From positions 192,001 to 256,000 of the forward strand of contig JBFWNU010000003.1 in NCBI GenBank assembly GCA_050250895.1: a stretch of 64,000 nt of DNA. Direction: 5' to 3'. Below the pieces are notes generated by a model, which saw nothing but the letters and a program-made list of their open reading frames with translations, ran no database searches and was not told the DNA's origin. The DNA comes from Vulcanimicrobiota bacterium. GTDB lineage: Bacteria; Vulcanimicrobiota; Xenobia; Xenobiales; JADMJV01. Numbering within the stretch: the stretch's first letter is position 1; each line of letters begins with the position of its first letter. A program made the translations under genes and the position numbers. Shown piece after piece: positions 19,666-28,996 of this stretch.

Positions 19666-20505
19666 CTAGTGCTTGTAGGCCTTGACCCGGTCGATTCCGG
19701 CTTGCAGGTCGTCGTCAAGGTCAGAATAGGCGAGCAGCTTGGCGGGATAGAAGACGCCCGCGAATTCGGCCAGGGCGCGGGCGGCCAGATCGACCCCCTT
19801 TTCATGGGCGACTTGCAGCTTGTGCTTGAACTGCTCAGCCAGGCGACGTCTTTCGGCTCGCTCGGCCGCTGACTCCGTGGACCAGGCGATAGCCCGGTCG
19901 AGAAACTGGGGCAGGTCATCGAAGCTGCCCAGCGATAACCAGCGACTGGCCAGCAGCTCGCCTTGCAGATTGTAGAAGTTGAGTTGAGGAGCCCGGATTA
20001 CGAAGGGCTCCCACAGTTCGGGCCCGACCCGACGGCAGCGAAAGGCCGCGCTGGCCTTACGCCGAAAGTCGGGTCGTTCAAGTTCGCGCTCGGCTTCGGC
20101 CGGAAGTTTCTCGTCAGCAAAAAGCGCCATCACGGGCAGACCTTCTCCGGCATCCTCATTGTAGAGGGGCGGCTGACCGAGCAAGGGCTCGATGGCTTCC
20201 GTCGGTGGGGGATCAGGAATGGCCCGCAGGCGGGTCCGCTCGCTGGCTTTCAGACCGGCGAGGGGATCTACGGACTGCTCCATCAGCTGGCGGTATTCTT
20301 TCACCCAGCCAGGTGGCTCGACCTCGAACTCTTGCTCGGCGTAGGCACGGGACCATTCGGCCGGTTCGTCGTCGGCCTCCTCGAAGCACAGATGGAGCGA
20401 CAGTTGCCCCTCGGTGGTGAACTCGAGGGCGACCCCGGTGGGCCGGCCCTCGGTCTGGGCCACGATCCGTTCAACAAACTGCATCGTTTCGGCTAGCGAG
20501 GTCAC
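19666..20505 (-). CDS. Hypothetical protein
   Basis: 279-aa ORF filling the gap between the MFS gene and the kinase; no motif recognised. Confidence 0.6.
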   Translation of the reverse strand: MTSLAETMQFVERIVAQTEGRPTGVALEFTTEGQLSLHLCFEEADDEPAEWSRAYAEQEFEVEPPGWVKEYRQLMEQSVDPLAGLKASERTRLRAIPDPPPTEAIEPLLGQPPLYNEDAGEGLPVMALFADEKLPAEAERELERPDFRRKASAAFRCRRVGPELWEPFVIRAPQLNFYNLQGELLASRWLSLGSFDDLPQFLDRAIAWSTESAAERAERRRLAEQFKHKLQVAHEKGVDLAARALAEFAGVFYPAKLLAYSDLDDDLQAGIDRVKAYKH

Positions 20506-20543
20506 AGAGGGATCTTCGCAGGCGGCGAGCTTGCGCCTCTTTG

Positions 20544-21740
20544 CTAGGACCGGCGGCGCAGAGTCAGGTGGCCGAAGGCGGCCGAGAACAGGCAGGCGAG
20601 GCCTCCGAGCACGATGGGCAGGCGTCCTCCGGTCAGGTCGCCGATCCAGCCAATCAGCGGTCCACCGATGACCTTGCTAGCGCCGATGATGACGGTTTGA
20701 ATCGAGAGCACCCGGCCGTGCATCGCAGGTTCGCTCTCGACCTGCACCAGGGCGGTCGTCGAAGTGATGTAGACGATATGAGCCAGGCCTACCACGAAGG
20801 CCGCGGCGGCCGCGCTGGCCACGCTTGGGGTGGCGGCCAGGATGAGCATGCTCACTCCGAAGGCGGTGGCTCCCCACAGGATCTGATTCATGCCCACCAG
20901 GTTGCGATAGGCGACCACCAGCGCGCCCACCACCGCACCCAGGCTGAAGACGGTGTAGAGCAGGGTGAAGACGGTGTCGGCGGTGTGCAAGCTGTCGGTC
21001 ACGAAGAGCGGCAGACTAACGCTGAAGTTATAGGCCATGACCCCGATGGCCAGCAACATCGCAAAGTTGACCCACAAGCGGGGATGGGCACCCAGGTAGC
21101 GCAGCCCTTCGAGCACGCTGCCTTCGGTCTTGTCGCTGGTCGGTCCCCGGTGGAGTTCCTCAGGGCGCATCATCCCCAGGCAGACCAGCACGGCCACATA
21201 GCTGGTGGCGTCGATGACGAAGCTCCAGCCAAATCCCACCGTGGTCACCAGCAACCCGGCCAGGGCCGGACCGAAAGCGCGCGACAGGTTGACGATCAGG
21301 CTGTAGAGCACGACCGCGTTGGGGATGTCCTCTTTGGGGACCATCTCGGTCACAAACGAGCGCCGCAGCGGATTGTCGAAGGCCAGTAGAGCGCCTCCCA
21401 CCAGGGTGAGGGCGTAAAGGGCGGCCAGCGGTGGTCGCGGCATGAAGGCCAGGGCGGCCAGGCCGAACGACTGCAGCATCTCGAGGGCCTGGGTCAGGAT
21501 GAGCAGATAGCGCTTGTCGACCCGGTCGGCAATGGCTCCGGCCCAGGCCGAGAGCACCAGCACTGGCCCGAACTCGCAGGCGGTCACCAGCCCCAAATGC
21601 AGGCCGCTGCCGGTGAGCTTGAGCACGAGCAGAACGAGAGCGACCCGGGTCAGCCAGTTGCCGGTGTTGGAGATAGACTGGCCGATGAAGAAGAGCCGAT
21701 AGTTCCGGCTGCGCAGGGATAGAAAGGTCTGCCTCAGCAT
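20544..21740 (-). CDS. MFS transporter
   Basis: LRSRNYRLFFIGQSISNTGNW, GAIADRVDKR, about 12 TM segments. Confidence 0.92.
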   Translation of the reverse strand: MLRQTFLSLRSRNYRLFFIGQSISNTGNWLTRVALVLLVLKLTGSGLHLGLVTACEFGPVLVLSAWAGAIADRVDKRYLLILTQALEMLQSFGLAALAFMPRPPLAALYALTLVGGALLAFDNPLRRSFVTEMVPKEDIPNAVVLYSLIVNLSRAFGPALAGLLVTTVGFGWSFVIDATSYVAVLVCLGMMRPEELHRGPTSDKTEGSVLEGLRYLGAHPRLWVNFAMLLAIGVMAYNFSVSLPLFVTDSLHTADTVFTLLYTVFSLGAVVGALVVAYRNLVGMNQILWGATAFGVSMLILAATPSVASAAAAAFVVGLAHIVYITSTTALVQVESEPAMHGRVLSIQTVIIGASKVIGGPLIGWIGDLTGGRLPIVLGGLACLFSAAFGHLTLRRRS

Positions 21741-21815
21741 CGATGTTGGTTCAACCCACCGGGTTCGTGTGGTGTTCCCATAGTGGTAATATTTCTTGGT
21801 GTGTGCTAAGTTGGT

Positions 21816-22430
21816 GTGGTGGAATATGAAAGCTTACGCGCGTGTGCCCTGGCAGGTGCCCTTACCGAGGACGATTGGCGATCCATTCGCAGGCAGGCTC
21901 GCCAGGGTGACGTTGGGGCCGAGTTTCTCCTGGGCTTTGCCGACGTTTCGCCGAGAACGCGCCGCAAGTGGCTGACTCGGGCCGCCGACCACGGCCACGC
22001 CGAGGCCTTCTTTCTCTTGCATGGTGGCTATCCTATTCACAACGCGGGCGGCTGGCTCGAGCGCTCGGCCGAGCGAGGTTGCGCCGAGGCCCAATCCGCG
22101 CTCGGGTGCTATTACGCCTGGGAGCCGAATCGCGATGAGGTGAAAATGCGTTATTGGTATGGCCAGGCCGCTCTCCAGGGTGGTGGAGTGGCGATGTATG
22201 AATTTGGCTTTAGCCTGTTGCTGGGCGAAGGTGGGCCGGCCGACCCCGAGGGCGCGGTGGCCTGGCTCGAAAAGGCCGCCGCCACCGATGCTCACACGGC
22301 AGAAGAGGCGCGGGGCTTGTTGGGTGATGTGCTCAGCGACGGCCTTTACGGTGTCGCTCGCGACCCTGAGCGGGCGGAGTATTGGAGAGCCCCTCACTTC
22401 CGGCCGGAAGTGGTGAGCAAGTGGGGATAG
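21816..22430 (+). CDS. Sel1-like repeat protein
   Basis: WLTRAADHGHAEA, WLERSAERGCAEAQSALG, WYGQAALQG, AVAWLEKAA. Confidence 0.8.
   Translation: MVEYESLRACALAGALTEDDWRSIRRQARQGDVGAEFLLGFADVSPRTRRKWLTRAADHGHAEAFFLLHGGYPIHNAGGWLERSAERGCAEAQSALGCYYAWEPNRDEVKMRYWYGQAALQGGGVAMYEFGFSLLLGEGGPADPEGAVAWLEKAAATDAHTAEEARGLLGDVLSDGLYGVARDPERAEYWRAPHFRPEVVSKWG
22396..22411. repeat. Perfect 16-bp palindrome ACTTCCGGCCGGAAGT (GGCC type)
   Basis: Read directly; extends to 18 bp as CACTTCCGGCCGGAAGTG. Confidence 0.9.
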
Positions 22431-22612
22431 ACTCTGGCGAAAAGGCGGGCGGCTAGAACTTGCTCGAGGCTGAGATGGGGATGGGCGCGCTGAAACGATG
22501 GCCAGTCGCCCCGGACTTCCCTGTCCCACTGCACCACCTGGGCAACATCCGTGCCCCCTCAGTTCACCAGTCGGGGGCGGGGCGGGTTGTCGGAGAGCAC
22601 GATTCCCAGGCA

Positions 22613-22628
22613 CGTTCCGGCCGGAAGT
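22613..22628. repeat. GGCC-type palindrome variant CGTTCCGGCCGGAAGT
   Basis: 14/16 match, intergenic. Confidence 0.8.
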
Positions 22629-22681
22629 GCGACTCGCGGCGGGAGCGCCCCCCGGTCGTGCGGGGCCCTGGAGACAAGGCT

Positions 22682-22996
22682 CTAGTTATCGTACCAGGGA
22701 ACGTAGGGCTGGATGAGGGTCAGTTCTGCGATCACTCCTTTCTCTTCGCTCACGTGGAGTTCGAAAGGCCACACTTTGTAATACCCGTCATCGGCGGGGC
22801 CGAGGTGAGCTGAGATTCGCACGACCGGGTCGCCGAGCGCCGCGATGAGTTGACCATCCAGATACAGTCGCTGGCCGGTGATGCGCGGGTTGAAAGGGTG
22901 CCGATGCCACTCGGCCCCGGCGGCGTCAATTTCTTGCTCGGAGTTGGCTGGAGTGACTCCGTTGATGGTTAGCTCTCGACGGGGATATTCGACCAT
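22682..22996 (-). CDS. Hypothetical protein
   Basis: 104 aa with globular composition, lying between two palindrome copies. Confidence 0.5.
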   Translation of the reverse strand: MVEYPRRELTINGVTPANSEQEIDAAGAEWHRHPFNPRITGQRLYLDGQLIAALGDPVVRISAHLGPADDGYYKVWPFELHVSEEKGVIAELTLIQPYVPWYDN

Positions 22997-23011
22997 CGGC
23001 AGCCCGCGGGA

Positions 23012-23027
23012 AGTTCCGGCCGGAAGT
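23012..23027. repeat. GGCC-type palindrome variant AGTTCCGGCCGGAAGT
   Basis: 15/16 match, about 55 bp upstream of the HNH gene -10 box. Confidence 0.85.
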
Positions 23028-23078
23028 CCAAAAAGTGAGATTTTACGCCATTTTCGCTTGTTGTTTGGGGTTGAAAAA

Positions 23079-23087
23079 TGCTAAAAT
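23079..23087 (+). promoter_or_regulatory. Extended -10 (TG-C-TAAAAT) for HNH gene 1
   Basis: AT-rich patch; GGAGG RBS precedes ATG 23123. Confidence 0.55.
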
Positions 23088-23122
23088 ATTGGTATTCCCC
23101 CGAACCACTCCCTGGAGGTCCT

Positions 23123-24445
23123 ATGTCTCTTTCCACGCTTGTTTCCAGCCTGCGTCAACTCGGCCCCGAGCTGCTGCATCAGTGCAACCAGGCCGTCCGC
23201 CACGAACTAGCTCGCAGCGAGTGGACCATGGCCGCCCACCTGCTGGCCACCGAACGGACCGGACTGCATCGCAAGAAGGGTTATGGCGACGTGCTCGGCT
23301 ATGCCGAGAAGTTGCTCGACCTGCCACGCTACAAGGCCTGCGAGTTGCTGCGGGTGGCGCGAGCGTTCGAGCTCATGCCTGACCTCTCCGAGGCCTTTCG
23401 CACGGGCGAAATCGGCTGGACCAAGGTGCGCGAGATCACGCGAGTGGCCACTCCCAAGACCGAAGCGACCTGGCTTGAACGGGCTCGCCAGCACGACGCC
23501 GACACAGTGGCCCGCATGGTCTCGGTGTCGCCCACCGAGTATAAGCGGGGCAAGGCGCTCGAAGCCGCACGAGAAGCTGGGCAGAGTGTGCCCGAGCAGG
23601 CAAACGCGCCCGAGGTGATCCCGCAGCTGATCAACCTGACGCTGCGGTTTACGCCCGAGCAGTATGCGGTCTTCGAACAGGCTATCAGCCTGGCCCGAGC
23701 CCGGGCGGGCAAGCGGCTCAGCCGAGAGGTCGCTCTGGTGGCTCTGTCAGAAGCGACCCTGGCGCAGGCCGACAGTCGCAGCCAGGTTAGACATCAGGTG
23801 CTGATCCAGCTCGATCCGTTGAGCGGCAAGGGTTTCTACGACACCGAACGCGGGCCACTGCCGGCCCCGCAGCGAGTGGTCGACGAGGCGCTGGCCTCGG
23901 GACCGGCCGTGGTCGAGGGTGAGCAACTTGAACCCCCGCTGCCGGTGAAAACCGGGCCTCGCCAGGCGATCCCGGTGAAGGAATACCGGGTGGTGTTCGC
24001 CCGGGCCCGGGGGCGGTGCGAGAATTGTGGGTGCAAAGGCGGACCGCTGCATGTCCACCATGTTCGCCCGCGCTCTCGGGGCGGTGGCAACCGGGCATGC
24101 GAATTGAGGTTGCTGTGTCCTGGTTGTCATCGGGCCAGTCACGACCACGACTTCGCCACCGACGCCGGCTGGCGGGCGGCCAGAGAGGCGGCCACTTCCG
24201 GCCGGAAGTCAGGGCCGGCCGCGCAGCAAGTGGAGGTCACCGAATTCGTGCCAGAGATAGCCATGCTCGATGGCGGAGGCGTAGTCGCGAGCCAGTCGCT
24301 CGCGGCCGGCTATGGCCTCGAGCATGGCCAGGTGGCTGGCTTTGGGCTCGTGAAAGCCGGTGAGCAGGTCGTCGACCACGGCCAGGGGGCGGTCGGGAGT
24401 GATGACCAGCTCGGTCCAGCCGCTCGGGGGGCCGGCGTGGGCTGA
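23123..24445 (+). CDS. DUF222-like domain plus HNH endonuclease-like protein (paralogue 1)
   Basis: Start moved to MSLSTL (GGAGG RBS, matches paralogue 2). AFRTGEIGWTKVREITRV; CENC...HVHHVRPRSRGGGN...LLCPGCH. The last ~78 codons are antisense to the QueA-like gene. Confidence 0.85.
   Translation: MSLSTLVSSLRQLGPELLHQCNQAVRHELARSEWTMAAHLLATERTGLHRKKGYGDVLGYAEKLLDLPRYKACELLRVARAFELMPDLSEAFRTGEIGWTKVREITRVATPKTEATWLERARQHDADTVARMVSVSPTEYKRGKALEAAREAGQSVPEQANAPEVIPQLINLTLRFTPEQYAVFEQAISLARARAGKRLSREVALVALSEATLAQADSRSQVRHQVLIQLDPLSGKGFYDTERGPLPAPQRVVDEALASGPAVVEGEQLEPPLPVKTGPRQAIPVKEYRVVFARARGRCENCGCKGGPLHVHHVRPRSRGGGNRACELRLLCPGCHRASHDHDFATDAGWRAAREAATSGRKSGPAAQQVEVTEFVPEIAMLDGGGVVASQSLAAGYGLEHGQVAGFGLVKAGEQVVDHGQGAVGSDDQLGPAARGAGVG
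24194..24209. repeat. Perfect GGCC-type palindrome at the end of the HNH homology region
   Basis: ACTTCCGGCCGGAAGT; its last base overlaps the QueA-like stop codon (24209..24211). Confidence 0.9.
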
Positions 24446-25117
24446 CTCGAGGGCTCGCACCACGGTGGTTCCGACCGCGATGACGCGGCGGGCTCGGCGG
24501 GCAGCCTGCAGGGTGCGTTCGGGGACGGAGTAGTATTCGGGATAGGGCGGCTCGGGGTTCTCGAGCGAAGACACGCCGGTGTGAAGGGTGATGGGGCTCA
24601 GGGCTACGCCCTTTAGCACCAGCCGGGCCAGCAAAGCGGGAGTGAAGGCGCGGCCGGCCGAGGGCATTTCGGCCGAGCCGGGATGGCGGGCGAAGACCGT
24701 CTGGTAGTAATCGAGGGGCCAGTCGCCTTCGAGGTAGGCGTAGCGAATGGGACGTCCCCAGCGGTGCAGGTAGTCCAGGTCGACGCCTACGCGGGCTAGC
24801 TGCAGGCGCTGCGAGCCGCGGTAGGGACCGAGCAGTTCGAGGGTGGTGTGGGGCAGGGAGTGGTCGGGGCCGCGGGGCTCGACCACCCACAGGTCGGGGG
24901 CCAGCTGGGCCGAGAAGTGGATCTGGCCGACCGCGGCCGGGAGGGTGGCCGAGTCGTTGTAGACGATCAGGTCGCCGGGTTCGAGCACCTCGGGTAGGTC
25001 GCGAAAGAGCAGATGGCGTCCGTCAGCTAGCAAGCGCACCTGGTCGCGAGCCAGGCCGCGGGCTTCGGGGGGCTGGCGGGCCTCGAGGCGGGTGGGCAGT
25101 TGGAAGTCGAGCGTCAT
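24209..25117 (-). CDS. QueA-family SAM:tRNA ribosyltransferase-isomerase-like protein
   Basis: LEPGDLIVYNDSATLPA, YQTVFARHPGSAEMPSAGRAFT, ITLHTG, AVGTTVVRALES, YLWHEFGDLHL. A divergent subgroup, so no symbol is given. Confidence 0.85.
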   Translation of the reverse strand: MTLDFQLPTRLEARQPPEARGLARDQVRLLADGRHLLFRDLPEVLEPGDLIVYNDSATLPAAVGQIHFSAQLAPDLWVVEPRGPDHSLPHTTLELLGPYRGSQRLQLARVGVDLDYLHRWGRPIRYAYLEGDWPLDYYQTVFARHPGSAEMPSAGRAFTPALLARLVLKGVALSPITLHTGVSSLENPEPPYPEYYSVPERTLQAARRARRVIAVGTTVVRALESAHAGPPSGWTELVITPDRPLAVVDDLLTGFHEPKASHLAMLEAIAGRERLARDYASAIEHGYLWHEFGDLHLLRGRP

Positions 25118-25794
25118 CGCAGCACCGCCTGAGCCTCGAGACGAAGTTGGTCGGGACGCTCGGTGATCAGCTGCAAGAAGAAGGGAGCCACGCTCTCGGG
25201 CGAGGGCAGGTGGGACAGGTCGACTCCGGGCTCGGCCTCTTGATGCATCTGGGTGTTCATGTCGCCCGGGTCGACCAGGTAGAAGCGCAGGCGTGGGTGC
25301 TCGGCTGCCAGGGTGCGGGTCAGATGCTCGAGGGCGGCTTTGCTTGCTCCGTAGCCGCCCCAGCCGGGGTAGGCGTTGACGGCCGCGTCCGAGGTCAGGT
25401 TGATGACCAGGGCCCCGTCGGGGAGAGCCTCGAGGAGGAGCTGGGTCAGGTGGAGAGGAGCTAGAAGGTTGACGCGCAGGACCTCTTCTAAACGCTGCCA
25501 GGGATAGTCGGCCAGGGCTGGCATGGGACTCGGGCCCACGGTGGATGCATTGTGGATGAGCACGTCCACGCGGCCGAGGCGGTCCTTGACCACGGCCGCG
25601 ATTTCTTCGGCCGATTGGCTGACGTCGGCGGCGACGGTGGTGACGGTGGGGCCCATGGCGCGGGCGGCCTCAGAGAGGGCGTCGCCGTGGCGGGCCACCA
25701 GCACCAGATTGGCTCCGCGTTCGGCCAGCAGACGGGCGACGGCCAGACCCAGGCCGCGGGATGCTCCGGTTATTACGACATTCAGATTGTTCAT
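25114..25794 (-). CDS. SDR-family oxidoreductase
   Basis: ITGASRGLG, YGASK, VDPGDMNT. Confidence 0.92.
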   Translation of the reverse strand: MNNLNVVITGASRGLGLAVARLLAERGANLVLVARHGDALSEAARAMGPTVTTVAADVSQSAEEIAAVVKDRLGRVDVLIHNASTVGPSPMPALADYPWQRLEEVLRVNLLAPLHLTQLLLEALPDGALVINLTSDAAVNAYPGWGGYGASKAALEHLTRTLAAEHPRLRFYLVDPGDMNTQMHQEAEPGVDLSHLPSPESVAPFFLQLITERPDQLRLEAQAVLR

Positions 25795-25920
25795 GATTCA
25801 CCTCTTTCATCCCCATCGTGCCAGCTGTGGCCGAGCTGGACTTCGGCCCGAGGGGAAGGGAAGAACCTGTCCTTTGGATCAGGTGAGAGGTCGGGGCGGT
25901 CCGGGGAGGAAGCTCTTCAG

Positions 25921-26619
25921 ATGAGAGAACCGCTCTTGGACATCGTGGGGCTCTTGTTGGCCCCGATGCTGGTTCCGCAGGCTCTCTGTGTGCGCTCTAC
26001 CATCGAGGTCTTGCCCGAGCCGCCCGGACCGCGTTTTGGCAGAGTAGGGGAGGGTCCCGAGCTGCGCCTCTTGGTGCTCGGCGACTCGGCCGCCGCCGGG
26101 GTGGGGGCGGCTCACCAGGACGAGGCCTTGCTGGGCCAGTTGCTGAGTCGTTTGCAGGGCCGCTATACGGTGGATTATCGCCTGCTGGCCGTGAGCGGAG
26201 CGACCACTATCGACCTGAGCGAATGGCTGCTGCGCGAGCGCCCCTGGCCGGCCGACCTGGTGGTGACCTCGCTGGGAGTCAACGAGGTGACTCGGGGCCG
26301 TCGGCTCAAGACCTGGTCCAGCCGGCAGCGGACTCTGGTCGAATTGTTACGGCGGCAGTTCTCGGCCCGCCACATCGTGCTGTCGTCGGTGCCCCCGATG
26401 GGCGACTTCGTGGGCATCCCCCAGCCCCTTCGTTGGTATCTCGGCCAGCGGGCCCGGCTGCTGGACCAGGCGCTCAAGGAGCTGCCGCACTGCCAGGTGG
26501 TGGGGGTCGACGGATGCCTTTCGCCCATGCTGGCCAAAGACGGTTTTCACCCTGGCCCGGACATCTATCGTGCCTGGGCCGAGCGCATCCTCACCCAGAC
26601 AGGAGAACTCCTATGTTAG
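25921..26619 (+). CDS. SGNH/GDSL hydrolase
   Basis: LGDSAAAGVG, SLGVNE, DGFHP. Start reassigned to ATG 25921. Confidence 0.88.
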   Translation: MREPLLDIVGLLLAPMLVPQALCVRSTIEVLPEPPGPRFGRVGEGPELRLLVLGDSAAAGVGAAHQDEALLGQLLSRLQGRYTVDYRLLAVSGATTIDLSEWLLRERPWPADLVVTSLGVNEVTRGRRLKTWSSRQRTLVELLRRQFSARHIVLSSVPPMGDFVGIPQPLRWYLGQRARLLDQALKELPHCQVVGVDGCLSPMLAKDGFHPGPDIYRAWAERILTQTGELLC

Positions 26620-27404
26620 ACGCCTACTTCCGGCGCATCAACTACGCCGGTCCCCGGCAGACGACGGTCGAAACTCTCGAGGCCGTTCACCTGGCACACG
26701 CCTCGACCATCCCCTTCGAGAATCTCGAAGTGCTGATGGATCGCACCCCGAACCTCGAACTCGATGGCATCGTGGCCAAGTTGGTCGAGGCTCGCCGGGG
26801 CGGCTACTGCTTCGAGCATAATACTCTGCTGGCCGCGGTCTTGCGTCAGCTCGGTTTCAAGGTGACCGAGTTGGGAGCGCGGGTGAGGTTGAGTGGCCGG
26901 CTACTGCCCCGCACGCACATGTGTCTTCTGGTTGAAGCCGAAGGACGCAGCTTTCTGGCCGATGTCGGTTTCGGAGCCGAACTGCTGTCGCCGGTGGCCT
27001 TGCGGGTGGGTTGCGAATCGACTCAGTTCGGACGCCGCTATCGGCTGATTCGCGAGGGCCAGCTGTGGGTTTTGCAGCGGCTCGAGCCCGAACCGGGTGA
27101 CCTTTATGCTTTCACCCTCGAGCCGCAGCACCCGGTCGACTTCGTCATGGCCAACCACTTTACGGCCACCCATCCCAGCTCCATTTTTCGCCACGTGTTG
27201 ACGGTCCAACGGCCTCATCCCGAGGTGCGTTACAACCTGCATAATGACGTCTTCCGCGTGCATCAAGACGGTCAAACCGAGACCCGCCCGGTGCGCGACG
27301 CAGCCGAGTTCGGTCGCCTGCTCGAGGACTTCTTTGGGATTCGTCCCGAAGCTGCCATGATCTCTGTCTACGAGCGATTTAGAACGACGAGTCAGGACCC
27401 TTGA
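26613..27404 (+). CDS. Arylamine N-acetyltransferase family protein
   Basis: IPFENL, RRGGYCFEHN, THM, LADVGFG (Cys-His-Asp triad). AGGAG RBS before ATG 26613. Confidence 0.92.
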   Translation: MLDAYFRRINYAGPRQTTVETLEAVHLAHASTIPFENLEVLMDRTPNLELDGIVAKLVEARRGGYCFEHNTLLAAVLRQLGFKVTELGARVRLSGRLLPRTHMCLLVEAEGRSFLADVGFGAELLSPVALRVGCESTQFGRRYRLIREGQLWVLQRLEPEPGDLYAFTLEPQHPVDFVMANHFTATHPSSIFRHVLTVQRPHPEVRYNLHNDVFRVHQDGQTETRPVRDAAEFGRLLEDFFGIRPEAAMISVYERFRTTSQDP

Positions 27405-27948
27405 GAAACTCTTGCTCTTCGTCGCTTGAGGTGCGCCCGAGGATGTCGTTGCGGTGGGGATAGCGACCGAAACGCTTGATGATGGCGTAGTGTTTCCAGG
27501 CGAATTCCAGGTAGTTTCGCAAAGGTCCGCGCTGGTCTGGCGGGGCGGTAAGCACCAGGCCGGCATAGTGCGAGAGGCTCAGGTCCTGCATTTCGAGCGA
27601 CTCGCTGTGCTCGAGGGGTAGATAGAAGAAGGCTCGCTGGTGGGGACCCAACTCGTGATCTGCCTTTTGCTGCAGTCCCCCGAGCACCAGGGCCAGGGCC
27701 TTTTCGTCGTAGGCGAAGGCGCGAGCCTGGCCGCGATAGAGGTTGCGCGGAAACTGGTCAAGCGTCAGCACCAGGGCCAGACGACCCTGGGGAGTCACGG
27801 CCCAGCCGTCGTGAGCACCCTCGTGGACTTGCTCGAGCAGGGCGGCAAAGCGCGACCGGATCAGTTCGTCGACCTCGTCCCCTCCGCGAAACCATTGCGA
27901 TGGCTCGAGCTCTTCGAACCAGAATTTAATCACATCTTGCGGTTGCAT
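27379..27948 (-). CDS. DUF924 family protein
   Basis: LDQFPRNLYRG, FFYLPLEHSE, IIKRFGRYPHRNDILGR. Confidence 0.9.
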   Translation of the reverse strand: MQPQDVIKFWFEELEPSQWFRGGDEVDELIRSRFAALLEQVHEGAHDGWAVTPQGRLALVLTLDQFPRNLYRGQARAFAYDEKALALVLGGLQQKADHELGPHQRAFFYLPLEHSESLEMQDLSLSHYAGLVLTAPPDQRGPLRNYLEFAWKHYAIIKRFGRYPHRNDILGRTSSDEEQEFLKGPDSSF

Positions 27949-28065
27949 CCTGCCTCGTTCGACATCCTGGGCGGGCTACCTCGGCGGCCTGTTCATACCA
28001 GGGCAACATGCGAGCGAACCGGTGGTGCTTAGATAGCGGCGCGCGCGGAGTGGAAGGAACATCCT

Positions 28066-28938
28066 GTGATCCAACCCCTCATCGGGGCCATTCCTCTCAA
28101 GGCGGCCCGCCCCCGGCCCGAGGCCGCCGCGGCGGCTCTCGATAGTTTCAGCCCCAGCTCGACCCCGTGGGCCCCGCTCAAGCCTCGCTTCGCCTCGTTC
28201 TCGCAGCTGCCACCGTTTAATCAGCGCCGGAACGCGACCTGGAGTTCGGTGATGACCGACATCGCCCAGCACGAGGCTCCCGACGACAATAATCCTTACG
28301 ACGACCTGATCACCAAAGGGCACGAGACCACCCACGGTATCAACTCCTGGCTGCGCAACAACGTCGACCCGCCCGGACCGGTCAGCTGGCGACCCAAAGC
28401 TGGTTTCTACTTGCTCGAGAATCGCTCGGCCGTACTTTATGAGCCCGACTTCAAGAAGCACCAGGTCATCCCTTACGTGCCCACCAGCCTGCGCGAATCG
28501 CGCTACGACCACTATGTGGCCGGGCAGCCTGCCTGGGACGACCATCCTCTCTACATCTGGGACGAGTGGACCGCCTACATTAACGGCACTACCGTCGGCC
28601 TCGACCAGCTCGACGAGAACAAGTGGACCCAGGGCCGCCGCATCGCCTCGCTGGGCCCCCTCGAGTTCACCGTTTACTCGCTGGCGGTGGCCCAGGCCAC
28701 GGCTGAACTCGACCCCAGCAGCTGGGCCAACGACCCTCAACTCAAGTCCTTGCTGGCCTTCAATTGCGAGCGGTCCATGCAGGTCGCGCAGGCAGCCCAG
28801 GCTACACCTGAATTGAGCCATCCGCGCTTTGACGGTTACCTCGAGAAGTTCCGCACCTCGCCCGACGCTTCGGGCTTACGGCGCTTTGCGCGGGCCGAAC
28901 TCGGCGAGGAGTGGTGTCGCCAGGTATTCGGGTTCTAG
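28066..28938 (+). CDS. Hypothetical protein (HExxH motif)
   Basis: 290 aa; P/A-rich leader ending DSFSPSS; GHETTHG and a downstream DEWTAY. Confidence 0.65.
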   Translation: MIQPLIGAIPLKAARPRPEAAAAALDSFSPSSTPWAPLKPRFASFSQLPPFNQRRNATWSSVMTDIAQHEAPDDNNPYDDLITKGHETTHGINSWLRNNVDPPGPVSWRPKAGFYLLENRSAVLYEPDFKKHQVIPYVPTSLRESRYDHYVAGQPAWDDHPLYIWDEWTAYINGTTVGLDQLDENKWTQGRRIASLGPLEFTVYSLAVAQATAELDPSSWANDPQLKSLLAFNCERSMQVAQAAQATPELSHPRFDGYLEKFRTSPDASGLRRFARAELGEEWCRQVFGF

Positions 28939-28996
28939 TTCATCCGCCCAAGCAGGTCATGCAGCACCAGTACTCGTTGGCGAAGACACATCTGGG

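Noticed and set aside
22396-24209. Canonical chromosomal parS sites
   Set aside because: The sequence differs from TGTTTCACGTGAAACA, no parA/parB is in the window, and the sites cluster at the HNH gene; a genome-wide scan is needed to exclude this fully.
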